From Yuukianura sp. NJ FZ-2021 (taxonomy: Eukaryota): a stretch of 64,000 nt of DNA. Positions 29,801 through 41,211 of this stretch are shown in pieces. How positions within the stretch are numbered: the first letter of the stretch is position 1; the number at the start of each line of letters is the position of its first letter. The notes beneath the pieces were generated by a model that did not search any database, had not been told where the DNA came from, and saw only the letters and a program-made list of their open reading frames with translations. Made by a program: the position numbers and the translations under genes. The stretch covers positions 5,022,001 to 5,086,000 of the forward strand of contig CM102290.1 in NCBI GenBank assembly GCA_046563655.1, given 5' to 3'.

Positions 29801-32800
29801 GAACATTTAACTAAACTTTAAAAAATTCTAGCAGGATTGCTGGCGAAGTTAGTAGGATTTAGCCCTATTATTAATTTCACAGTTAAGGGAGTTGATTGTC
29901 ACTCCTCCCAGGCGTATATTTGGTGGGAAAGAATTGAATGGTTGGAGGGGTCGTGCCCTATGGAGAGGATTATTAGGGTCCCTGCATGGTGGAGGTCCTT
30001 CATCTGTCATTCTCCGTGAAAGTAATTGGGTAGCTCAAAGGACTTCCCTGGCTCCCTTGCTTCCCATTCTTTCCCTCGCAATCTCATCTTCATTCAGATC
30101 AACATCCATCTTCCCACCAAAGACTTTCCAATCAACTCCCCTCCACTTCAACAAAACCCTTTCAGGCTTACTCACAATTCCACGGATCCTCCATCCAAGT
30201 AATTACAATTTTCAGCTTCCTTTTTCATTTTTACTCAAGAGTGAAAGTTCATGCCATTCCAAAGTCCATTGCATCAAAATTCCCAACGTCTGGAATTTTA
30301 AACATTTATTTTGTTCCATATTCAGTTTCGATTGGCTTGTTGAGTCGCTGGCTAACTTATAATTGTTGTATTTTTTTCGAATCATTTTGTATATTTTTAA
30401 AATGGATTATGGTACGGAAATTTGCGAAGATGGGTTCTAAGAACGGCATACTTCTCCGATGTTTGCGTTTGAATTTACGGTTTGTCTGAAAAGAACTGCT
30501 TATCACTTTCCATCTTTCTTTCGTGTTCGCTGTTTTGACAAGGAAGCTTTTTTAAATTCTTGGAGAAGGCCAATTGTTTTCATAGCTTTTCTTTCGAACA
30601 AAAGGTATAGTATTGCCGAGTCGTTACATAAATGCTGTTTCAGCTGTATTCGAAGCTCCTTATGTTTTCTCTTATGGTGCATTATAGTGGGTTGGTATCT
30701 ATTTTCACAATTTATAGAATAATATCTTCATAACGCTCATAAAATTTAATTCGTGTTAGGATTATATTATTCGTTCAATTCCGTATTTTTGAATTGTTCG
30801 TTGTCTATTTCGTCAACTGACATCGAAAACCGTTATGGCGGGCATTAATAGGGTTTCTACTGAGAAACTAAATTGTCCAACTGCAGTTTCTTTGAATAAT
30901 GCCTTTGCGATCGATCGATTCAGGAATGTCGTTTCCAAAATTAATCAACAACTTGAAAAAATCGCTCTTTGTAACAATTTAGCGCTAACTTCAAAGTTTG
31001 AAAGTAGGATTTAGGGTTACTCAGTCTTTAGTATTTACACAAATCTTGTTTTGTCTTGACTGAACACAAAAATGCCTCTAACGAGAGATTAATTTAGAAG
31101 AGGTCTCCAAAACATACAATCTTATTTATGAAATTTGGCACGATTTTTATTTGCCGTCACCTTAAATAGGAATTTAAACTTTAACTTCAAAACTGATGCC
31201 ACACGTACCATCTCATTGCATTTGATGATGCTGAATGCCAAAATTAACTCCGAACGGGAAGCGTTTACTTGATTACTTTGAGATGTGTTTTTAAAATGGC
31301 GGATATTTTGAAGATGGTTTCTGTGTGATTATCGGTGTGTCTGATTGGGAGACTGGGTTGGTTGGGAGCACTCAATCCGAATTGGATGGATGTCTAGTGA
31401 AAGTTAAGTGGTGTGGGGTTGTGATGAGTGGATCCTTTGATGTCAAATTCACTCTCTCTGACTCAGGTTGGAGGTTGGAGCGAGTGGCGTAGGGAGAAAG
31501 GGAAAGATAAATCTTTGAAAATGAAATTCTATTGATGTAATTCCATGTCACTTTCCTCGTGTAATTAGGATTTTGGACTGTTCCCTCGAGTTCTAATATC
31601 ATTTATCCGCCATTCTCTGCTTCGAAGTTAGTCAGAAGGAACGGAAAGAGTTTTTGTCAAGAGAAAGTGGGAGTGAAAGGGTTTTGAAGGAGTCATTTTG
31701 GGGTTCTGGAGACCTGGCGTGCTTGACTCTGACAGCTTTTTTCGGTCGAGCAACTTTGGAGTTAGGTTGTGAGCAGCTTTAGCTAGGGTAGCTGCCTCCA
31801 GTAGAACTGAATAGTAGTGGAAGATGTGGAGGAAATTGGGAGGAGGAGGTTTCCCCTCCGTCGTACATCTCCGCTTGACTCCATCCTGCTTTCACTACTT
31901 TCTCTTTTTTTACTCAGCTCCCTCCATGTTCCTTCCAGGGAGAGAGATATTGAAATCCTTTGTGTCCCAAAGAATTTTCTATTCTTTTTCACTCTCAACC
32001 AAGAGGAAGATGACGACTTGTTCAGTCTCCGGAAGGAAAATGAGCTTAGGGCAGAAACCACAACCTGCCACGACTTTCAAAATAATACTGCTTCTCCAGA
32101 GAAAGTGCACTCTTCGCTTTTCTAAACTTCCCTTTTGTTTTTTAGATCTAAAAACGTAAATAAATGAGCTTACAACATTTAATATCTCTTAGCATTATAA
32201 CGTGTTTTTGTGAAAACAGGATATGGAAAACAGCAGAACGCAAAAAATAGTCTGAGTCAATTGTTCCGATTTAGATGCAACGTTTTGTAAGGGAGAATAT
32301 TTCTCTTTTTGGTATGATCGTTCATTGCGTTGGATTTTTTGTATTTCTGAAGCTTGCGTTGAAGTTACACCCTTCAGAATAATAGGCAGCTGAATTGGAA
32401 CCCTGAAGGGCTGAGAAGGCCAATTTGGTACAATGGAAATCGTCTGTGTTTTCAAGTCACCGTTTAGTCAACTAGACGCTTAGATTTGGCAAGAGCGTTT
32501 GAAAAGTGCCTGGTATTTTATAGTTTTTCATTTCTAGCCGAATAGTTTTTAACGCTTCACGATGATTTTTGTGCTTTGTTGAATTTTTGAATACGAAACG
32601 GAAAAAAACGCTGAAATAAACAACATCCGAAGTTTGCCGATCCAATTAGTGTAGGGAATTTCAGTTGCTGCAATAAAGGGGTTTCACAAACTTATAGCCA
32701 AAAACTATTTAAGAACGTGATACGCGAGGATAGTTGATGAACAAAATTTCTCTGTTTTGTTTCAGCAAAATGATCATTTTGGTTCATCTCGACTTTCTGG

Positions 32801-34797
32801 TTCGGCTAACGAATCATTTGTGTTGTGCAATCTTTGACTCCAGTAATGGTCATCTGATACATGCGCGTCTATTTTCAATTTATTAGACCCAACTAATGTC
32901 TATTTTGGAAGAGGGATAAGACTGGCACGTGGCTATTTCAGTGGTGATCTTCGATCTATGAAGAAGAAAGTAACTTACGTTAGATTTTAGATTCAAAAAA
33001 TTGTTACTCTTCACGGTTTTATTTTCCTTTTCATGTTTGAAAAAATTCGACGTGTTTTTACAAAATAATGCTTTGCGAAAATTTTAAACGACGGAAAATG
33101 AAGTACTACTATTAAATTTTCTCTGGAAAGTATTCAAATTGTAATGGAGGTCTTTGTACGTTGAGCAGTTAATCTTTCTAAAATGAGTTCGCAATTTCCT
33201 TTAATTTTTTGACTTTCTGTAGACTCTTTATACATTCCGGACTTATAACAACTTTGTTTAAAAGGACATAACTTACCAACGTGTTCCTGCATCATTGATT
33301 TTCCGCATTTTATCATCAATTTTCTGACACGGGCGAGTAATGGCAAGGTGAGAAAACATGATTGTTTTTTTAATTTTATAGTTTCTGGAAATATTATGAG
33401 AAAACTAATTCTGGAAATTAGGGTTGTACAAATCTGAGAAATGAAAAGAAAGATGTCCTTTTGATGAGCGTGCTGTTTTCAAGGTTTAAGTTGGAACGCT
33501 TTAAGCTTTATTTTGCCTCGAGAAACGTTCCGTTGGATGAAAACTAAAGAGATGTTCGAGTAGATGGGTTTTCTTTGATATTTTCCTTGGTGTCTCTTAT
33601 TCGTTCTATCTCATTTGGATGTGAATCTCCTTTCCCTTTGTTTTGTTCATGATCAAGGGAGACAGGAACATTGTGTTTGTTAGGTCGACCAAAGCGGTTT
33701 CCCTATGCCCTTTCTCCCCTCCCTTTCTCCTCAATTCAATTCAAGTGAGTCGGGAAAAAGAATATCCTATTTCACAAAAATTATATTTTCCCAAGTAATA
33801 TTCTCCGCCCGCCAGTATCTCCTATCGGTTCCTCGACATTTTACAATAAGTTTACGGAAAAGATTCTTTTCTTGTAGTCACACGCTTCTCATGAAAATGT
33901 TTCTCCTTTGGAACACATTCAATGGAAGTGAATGGAATTTTATTTACTCCTTCTTTTGTGCAGAGATGAAAACTAAAATTTGGGTGTGTGTTTATTCTTT
34001 TTTTTCAGAATTCCAAATGGAAGTACAAGTCTCTAAACAACGTTGTACTAAATTTAGCTTGTTAACCATTTTGACAAAAAGAAGAAGTAAACGTTGCGAT
34101 TATGGCAGATGACGTAAAAATTTCTCAAGTTTTTTTTATGTTTTTCAAACGCCATCGTTATTATTTAAATTCAAGTTTGATGGTGGCGACTGGCGAGGAC
34201 TCTTCATTCAAAAAAAAAATTCGTTAATCTCCTGTGATTTTGTGTTTGGATAAAATTTGAAGTGCTTCAGAAAATGGTTTTAAGAATGGCGTATTATATC
34301 ATCAGTAGGAATTCCTAGAAACTAAATTTGTATTATGGCAGATGCAGTGTAGTGTTAAATGAATAGCTCGTTAAAGTTTGCTGTTCTTTGAGGAGGCTTT
34401 TGGATTTTGTATTAATTTTGGTAAGTAGTTTGTCTCGAGGGAGTGAGGACGAGGGGAATGGGGTTGACTCTATTCACTTTTCCCTGACTTTCCTCGAGAT
34501 CTTCACATCTTTTCTTTCTTGATTAAATAAGTCAACTGTGCGGAGATGGATGTTTCCAAGAGAGTTAATTAAGCGGAGCAATGAGGCGAGGAGAAAAGAC
34601 TAGAGAAAGCCCTCTGGTGGCTTATGTTTTCCAGAGTAAACCTCTGACGTCTCGACTAAAGGAAACTCTTAGCACCGTAATTGATGACTCTAGTGGAGTT
34701 CACCAACTCCGCATATCATGACTTTCAACGTTTACCTTCTGGCGAAGTACCGCTTGACACAAACCTTGAAATAAATGTTTTTTTTTTGTATACAGGA

Positions 34798-34942
34798 CAT
34801 TCTCTAAATGAAGAACTAAAAACCTCAAACCTTTCTCCATTTGTTTTCAATGAGGCCTCAGTGCGGCCATAAAGGAAGCCTCACTGGGGCCTACCAGAAA
34901 TGGAGAAAGGGTTCAGGTTTTTAGTTTCTTATTTAGAGAATG
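34798..34942. mobile_element. Short hairpin MITE (family A, copy 1)
   Basis: Terminal IR CATTCTCTAAAT..AACTAAAAACCT / AGGTTTTTAGTT..ATTTAGAGAATG with core GAGGCCTCAGTGCGGCC..AAAGGAAGCCTCACT; a second copy lies at 45402-45625. Confidence 0.8.
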
Positions 34943-35619
34943 AGGTGTTGGTTTCTTGTAAAGCCTCTGAGGATCGCGGATTTCTTACTAATTTCATTTA
35001 ATTCTTACTGAAGGTTTTTCGGAATTTGAAGTAAAAGTAATTAAAATTGTTTGTTTAAAAGAAAGGACTCTTTTAGAAAGTGGGAAATGGTGGTTTGGAG
35101 CTGAGTGTGAGTCAATTCATGAGACTAGCTGTTGGAAGGATGGTGAAAATTCTGTTGATAACGTTGAATGATGGGTTGACACGATGCTGTGGATCGATAC
35201 CTGCAACCCTTCCACCCGGGAAATAATGGAAGTCTATTATGGAGGATTCGGAAAGGAAATCCTACATTCGAACCAACAACTCTGCGTCTCTTGTCCCCTC
35301 CCCTTTTTATAGAATGTTTTCTACGCAATGGCAACGTCAATCCATTCACGTTAATTCAGAACACAATTATTTCAACGTAGCAAGAACAAATTTTAAAGGT
35401 TTTTTTTCAAAACATGAAGCAAGTTTTTGACTCGGAATGTTCGAAGTTCAAATTTCGCAACGGGAGAAATTTTCATGAACCAGATCCAGATATTAGTAGC
35501 AGAACCGAAGCTATAATACAGCGCCTAAAATAATTATCGAGGAATTTATCATCTTGATCTTGAATCTTATGCCTCCTTGTTTATTTTTAGGTTATACATT
35601 CGACGTTAATCATTTTTTC

Positions 35620-35830
35620 AAATTTCGTATAAATGAGGAAAATACATTTTAGCGAATTTCCTAGCCTAATCATCACTTTTTTCCAAAAGTTATACGCTAG
35701 AAGGTTAGAAGGTGTGATGACGTTTTTAAAGAAAGCAACGTTTCTCATAAATGAGGAAAATACATGTTGTAGAATTTTTTAGCTTAACTACTTTTTTTCT
35801 AAAAGTAATCCGCTCGAAAGTTAGGTATGA
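35620..35830. repeat. Diverged ~118-bp direct repeat (2 copies)
   Basis: ATAAATGAGGAAAATACAT occurs at about 35628 and 35747, each followed by similar AAAAGT..CGCT.GAA.GTTAG sequence. Confidence 0.6.
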
Positions 35831-35994
35831 TGGTGTTTCAAAAAACATCGTTTTGTAATTTTTTATAGAGTATGGCACAAAACTATATGAATGTTGCCGG
35901 TGCGATTCGAACGAAATTTGAGCCAGTTGTTAGGGTCAATAGTCGTATCATTTTAGCGAATTTTCAACCCATTAGAAACATGAGGCCAAATATA

Positions 35995-37140
35995 TACAGC
36001 GTGTGGCACGTAAAAGTAGACGTCTGAAATTCGTTGCTATGGGCAACTTGGCTTAAAACTGTTTGTCATGCGGGCTGGGGACATAATACCAAGGCAACTA
36101 AACAAAAAGACACGATCTTTCTAAGGTAGTCTCACGAGCGGTTTTTTAATTTTTTTTCTTTTTGCGATATTTTTTGGTGGGGCGGATTGTTCGGTTTCCA
36201 AGGAAATAAAACTTATTCGTGCAAATGTTGGTTGAGGTAACAATGATGTGTTAGTTGTACCCAGTGTTCAGTATTTTACGCAAATCAACTATTTATTATT
36301 GAGTTGCATTGAATTCGTAGAAATTATAAGCGTAAATTTTGTTTATTCTATTTTCCAATCCTAAAACCAATGTACACCACTAGCCCGATGATTGGGTACA
36401 CTGGATGGTCACAATGGAGGAATTTGATTTTGTACTCCGACCGAAGGAAAACGTTGTCAGAGCAAGCGTAAAAACAAACAATCCGCCCCACCAAAAAAAT
36501 GTTTAGATTGTCGTTTCTGGGAACTCGAAAATTTCCCCAATTTTTTTTGATTGACTTCTGACCTTAGGGAGGGGTCGTAGGGCCATGGTCCGTAGGACAA
36601 AAAATACTCCCCTTAACATTATGGACAACTTTCGTAGGGGTCATTTTTAGGTTATTTTTCAGTTTGTCAGGGGTGCCCATTTCAGTTTCTGGACTTAGAA
36701 AATTTTCGAGTCCAGATTCTCAAAAAAATGGGGAGGGGGACCATTAATTGGGTTCAAAATTTTTTTTTTGCTCCAAACGTTCCAAAAACGTTTGAAACAT
36801 GATAAAAAGTGAAAAAAACGGGGAAAAAAAAATTTCAAAAATTTTGACCAAAAATCAAAAAAAGTTTCATAGCCCCAGAAACGACAATCTAACCCAAAAA
36901 ATATCGCAAAAAAAGCTGAAAAAACCGCTCGTGAGACTACCTATGAAAGTTCGTGTGTCTTTTTGTTTAATTGCCTTGCATAATACCAAATAAACCGGTT
37001 GTAAACCGCGCATACTGATCCGCTATAGGGACGATTTTTTTTTGTAAAAAAAAAACAGTTCAAAGAAATAACTCAGAAAAATAATTCAAAAAATTTCAGG
37101 TTTTTTCCAGCCCCCTGCAAATGGCGCCCATAGCAACCAA
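35995..37140. mobile_element. Degenerate fold-back DNA element with long internal inverted repeats; Tc1/mariner-like left end
   Basis: Begins TA-CAGCGTGTGGCACGTAAAAGTAGAC, similar to the TIR of the 39491 MITE. About 36092-36175 is the reverse complement of about 36895-36978, and GTTGCTATGGGC (about 36033) pairs with GCCCATAGCAAC (about 37126). The right terminus was not found. Confidence 0.55.
36501..36894. mobile_element. TIR element nested in the fold-back element
   Basis: TIR TTAGATTGTCGTTTCTGG / CCAGAAACGACAATCTAA, flanked by near-duplicated CAAAAAA(A)T. It interrupts the host's right IR arm. Confidence 0.65.
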
Positions 37141-37662
37141 CGCAATTTTTTGTTTGTGACGTCACCAGCTGAAAAATACCGTAATCGTGAATTTGGAACC
37201 CGCTGGCATTTATGTAAACAAGATGTGCCTTACGGGTTTCTATAGGACACCACCAATAATTGGCAGAATTCCGGTATTTTCAGCGGGTGACGTCATTTTT
37301 TTTTCCACATGGCAACCAAACAAACTTTCCATTCGCACTACCTAGTAGTACTCTATTTACCTTGGGTTTTTTCTAAGATTTCTTAAGCTACAAGTTCAGC
37401 CAGCGGGTATAGAATAACAGACTTGCAGCGCAGCTTAGCGTTCATCGACACTTCCTACCAGGGTTCGAAGGCTGTAACTTACGTCCTGTAACTTACGTAA
37501 CTTACGTACGTAAGTTACGTAATTTTCAGAGGGGTTGTAATTTTCGAAATTTTTATTCTTTTGAATTTTACGCGGGAGGGAGACAGCGTAGGAGTCCTAA
37601 AGTCCGTAGTAAGTCCAAAATAACAAAAGAGCAGTGATTTAGATGATTATTTTTTCGGTTTT

Positions 37663-38257
37663 TTCTCGAGCAGACTGCTCGAGAAATACCAGGATATTTT
37701 TCGAGCAGTCTGCTCGAAAAATACCAAGATAATTCTCGAGCAGTCTGCTCGAGAAATACCAGGATATTCTTCTAGCAGTCTGCTCGAGAAATACCAGGAT
37801 AATTCTCGAGCAGTCTGCTCGAGAAATACCAGAATAATTCTCGAGCAGTCTGCTCGAGAAATACCAGGATATTCTTCGAGCAGTCTGCTCGAGAAATACC
37901 AGGATAATTCTCGAGCAGTCTGCTCGAGAAATACCAGGATATTTTTCGAGCAGTCTGCCGAAGAAATACCAGGATATTCTTCGAGCAGTCTGCTCGAGAA
38001 ATACCAGGATATTCTTCGAGCAGTCTGCTCGAGAAATACCAGGATAATTCTCGAGCAGTCTGCTCGAGAAATACCAGGATAATTCTCGAGCAGTCTGCTC
38101 GAGAAATACCAGGATATTTTTCGAGCAGTCTGCTCGAGAAATACCAGGATATTTTTCGAGCAGTCTGCTCAAGAAATACCAGGATATTCTTCGAGCAGTC
38201 TGCTCGAGAAATACCAGGATATTCTTCGAGCAGTCTGCTCGAGAAATACCAGGATAT
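37663..38257. repeat. 35-bp palindromic minisatellite, about 17 copies
   Basis: Unit TCGAGCAGTCTGCTCGAGAAATACCAGGAT(ATTCT/AATTC/ATTTT); the core TCGAGCAG-T-CTGCTCGA is an inverted repeat; there are no unique spacers. Confidence 0.97.
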
Positions 38258-38302
38258 GCTTCGTAGCTTTTCTTTCTGTTGTTTTAACTGGCTGTTATTG
38301 AA

Positions 38303-38503
38303 ATGCCACGAGTCAGAGATCCGATTTGGAACGATTTTGACCTTGAACCAAACCCAGGGAGTAAGATCCCCTGGGCAAATTGTAAGTTGTGTGATTGGAG
38401 ACATGCAGGAATCCCGGACAGGATGAAATCACACTTACAGAAACATCAAAACGTTGGCAAAGACTCCGAATCAATTGGGCCAAGTACGTCATGTTCACTT
38501 TAA
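38303..38503 (+). pseudogene. Truncated hAT transposase N-terminus (BED zinc finger)
   Basis: MPRVRDPIWNDF...ANCKLCDW....RMKSHLQKH fits the BED pattern (W..F, CxxC, HL..H). It lies within the hAT TIRs, and no catalytic domain is visible downstream. Confidence 0.75.
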
Positions 38504-38817
38504 CATTTTCAGAGTCTAATTGTTGAGAGCGAGCAGCGAGCCTGAGGAAGAGTTAGATGTGATGGCAGTGGAATAATTAGTGTTATGTTTCTCGAACTAT
38601 TTGTGTTAATTGCGTTAAGTGTGTTAGTTTAGTCTTAAAAATAAAATAGTAGTAAATATTGTCTGCCGCAGTATATTTCTATCAGGCCTTGGTTTGATTT
38701 TTAACGCAATTAGATAGTAGATATTAATAGTTTATGGTTTGGGGATGGGAGTGGGGTGCAGGCGGCTTGTTTTGAAAATTACAATCTTACGTAGATTACG
38801 TAAGTTACGATAATTAC

Positions 38818-39889
38818 CAGGCCTGTCAAACATATGTACTTACATATAACATATTTTTTAAATATTCAGGAGCTTTCGACGGAAAAAAATATTTACGTTT
38901 TTAGTAAATATTTACGTACATATTTTTGCTTTTTCGTCACTTTTTTTGTGAAAAACAGCTGAAAAACGACAGTTTTCGGACTTTTTCAAGACTTTTCGGA
39001 CTTTTTCCTCTAACCTAACCTATGTCTGGGCGGCGATCCGTTTGATCGGTAAAAATGGCGGTTTCTAGAAAGGAAACCGGTCAAAGTAAACCAGAATTTC
39101 GCCCGTTCGATTACAGCGCGTGCCGTACGCCACGGTATTTGTAACCACACAATCGATACACTGAGCGGATGCAATGAGAAATGTTTTTCCACAACTAATC
39201 CTGTTATGTTTGTTTTAATTAAAAGCGTTTTAATTTTTGTATTAAGTAGCCCCTTATACTTTTCATAGACCAATGAATGTGAGTTCATGTCAGCCGAAGG
39301 AAAACCCGAATCCGAAAAAAAAACAGTATCCTCATTTTAATTTGCCGTGTCCATTTTGTCGGTGGCAAGTATGCCTGAGTCTATATTGACGCACATAGCG
39401 CAGAGGTTCAAGGAATACAATTCACGGTTACGTCGTACATTGTTCTCCTGCCGTGCCCTACATGCTTTATACGACAAACACATAAATGTACAGGGTGTAG
39501 CAGCCAAAAGTAGACACCTTAAATTCGTTGTTAGGGGTGACCGACGAAAAAATGGTAAATAATGGGGCGAGAATTTAGCCAAATTCAAAAATTGTCAAAA
39601 GTCAAAACAATTTTGCACCGAAGCGCAAAAAAATTTTGCGCTTCGGTGCAAGTTTCCTCTCATAGTTACGAAAATAAACCAAATATTTATAATTAAGGTG
39701 TCTACTTTGGCTGCCACACCCTGTATTTATAGTTTCACAGGCTTAATAGCATCAGGAATTTTGCGATTCCTTTTTAAATGTCATAAATATTGAACTTTTA
39801 GTAAATATGTTAGTCCATATTTCACGGTTTTTGATACATATTTAAATAAATATTTTGGTGGTTTTTAGCACATATTTTTGACAGGCCTG
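38818..39889. mobile_element. hAT-type MITE nested in the 37459-39944 element
   Basis: TIR CAGGCCTGTCAAA(C/A)ATATGT; perfect 8-bp TSD ATAATTAC (38810-38817 and 39890-39897). Confidence 0.9.
39491..39723. mobile_element. Tc1/mariner-type MITE (233 bp) nested in the 38818-39889 element
   Basis: TA TSD; ~30-bp TIR CAGGGTGT(A/G)GCAGCCAAA(A)GTAGACACCTTA; internal palindrome TTGCACCGAAGCGCAAAA..TTTTGCGCTTCGGTGCAA. Confidence 0.9.
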
Positions 39890-39963
39890 ATAATTACGTA
39901 AGTTACGTAGTTTTCGGCAAAAATACCGTAATTTTCGAACCCTGCTTCCTAGTAGGTTATTGT

Positions 39964-40344
39964 CAGGGTTCGCTGAATCAAACATACATATACGAAACAT
40001 ACGTTTTAAACGTCGTTTTAAACGTTGAGGAAAAAGACGTACGTCTTTTTCGTCTGATTCACAAGGGCTAAATTTGAATATTTTTGACCGGTTTCAACTT
40101 TTTTGAAACAAAACGAAGAGTTTATTAGAAGTTTGCTTGGTTTTACCTTTGGGCAGTGACTTCAGTATTCATGTGATTAGGTGTATTGTAAGCTAAATTT
40201 GAATTTAAGCGTAGTTGAAATGAAAATACCTCGTAAAACGATTTAATATCAATATTGATTAAGACGGGAAAAAGACGGGCGTTTAAAACGAAAAAGACGT
40301 ATGTTTCGTATTTTTCCCAAAAAAACGTTTTTTTCCGAACCCTG
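39964..40344. mobile_element. hAT-type MITE (381 bp)
   Basis: TIR CAGGGTTCG/CGAACCCTG; perfect 8-bp TSD GTTATTGT (39956-39963 and 40345-40352); subterminal ACGT/AAAACG repeats. Confidence 0.88.
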
Positions 40345-40375
40345 GTTATTGTATAGCAACCCTTGACCATGACCA

Positions 40376-40587
40376 CCCTAACTCTTCGGTCAAGAAAATA
40401 CTAAAGATAGGCATTTCGTGTGAGGGGAGATCGGCTGCTTTTCAGCACGATTTACTGCAACGGATTTTTGGCTTTGTATTTTTTTTTAAAAAAAACTTGC
40501 AAGAAGTCGTGCTGAAATTAAAAAGCAATCAAGCTCTCCTCATACGAAGTACCTATCTCCAGTTTTTTCTTGACCGAAGAATTAGGG
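40376..40587. mobile_element. Hairpin MITE (about 212 bp)
   Basis: CCCTAA(C/T)TCTTCGGTCAAGAAAA pairs with TTTTCTTGACCGAAGAATTAGGG, and the pairing continues inward for about 85 bp. Confidence 0.8.
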
Positions 40588-41211
40588 AGATTTTTAATAC
40601 ACAATAAATTATTAGAATTTAAATATTTTTAGTAGTATAAAAGCCTCTGCTTCACACATTCGCATAATCCTTTAGTGATTGAGAAGCAAGAAGCTGCCAC
40701 TCATCTCTCACATCCCACATACAGAAAGGGTATGGCACAAACTCCATAAGGAAGTGTCCTCGGTGGTTATTCGAAAGAAATTTTTCTGCGAAACGAAATG
40801 AACGAAGAGAGAGAGAATTGAGATATGAGAATTTTTATAAAAAATTTCACAAATTAGAAAAGTATAGGGAATTTTATAGTCTAAACTTCAAGCTTCATGA
40901 TTAGGTTCAAAGGCCACAAACTTTTAAGTTTTATGGCGTTTCTTCAGGTAAGAAAACCATTGCAAACTGTTGCAATACTTTGCATATTTCACCGGTGTCG
41001 TTAGAAAAATGTCTCTTGAAGAAAAGTTGAGATAAACTAAATAAATGACACCAGAAAAAAAACTTGAAGAATTCAATGTACTGGCAGCTGTAGTAACCAT
41101 GTTTAATATAAAAATTAACAGATTTATCGGTCTTCGTTGATATTTAAAGACATAACCATATGAAGTATGCAGTAAGCTTAGTCTCTATAATAAGATTATA
41201 CTAACTGAAAG

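Larger units (their letters stand above)
37459..39944 (+). mobile_element. Internally deleted hAT-type transposon (host of nested insertions)
   Basis: TIR CAGGGTTCGAA/TTCGAACCCTG; 8-bp TSD CTTCCTAC/CTTCCTAG (7/8 match); subterminal GTAACTTAC/GTAAGTTAC repeats at both ends; contains a BED zinc-finger ORF. Confidence 0.85.

Noticed and set aside
1..35000. Endogenous virus or retrotransposon polyprotein remnants
   Set aside because: I saw no RT (YxDD), integrase, RNase H, PolB, capsid or Rep/helicase motifs and no LTR pair. This cannot be excluded without a translated search.
37663..38257. CRISPR array (35-bp palindromic repeats)
   Set aside because: The units are head-to-tail with no unique spacers, there are no cas genes, the context is eukaryotic, and the array lies inside a hAT element.
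37639..38404. 177-aa and 210-aa minus-strand ORFs
   Set aside because: They are repetitive translations of the 35-bp minisatellite.
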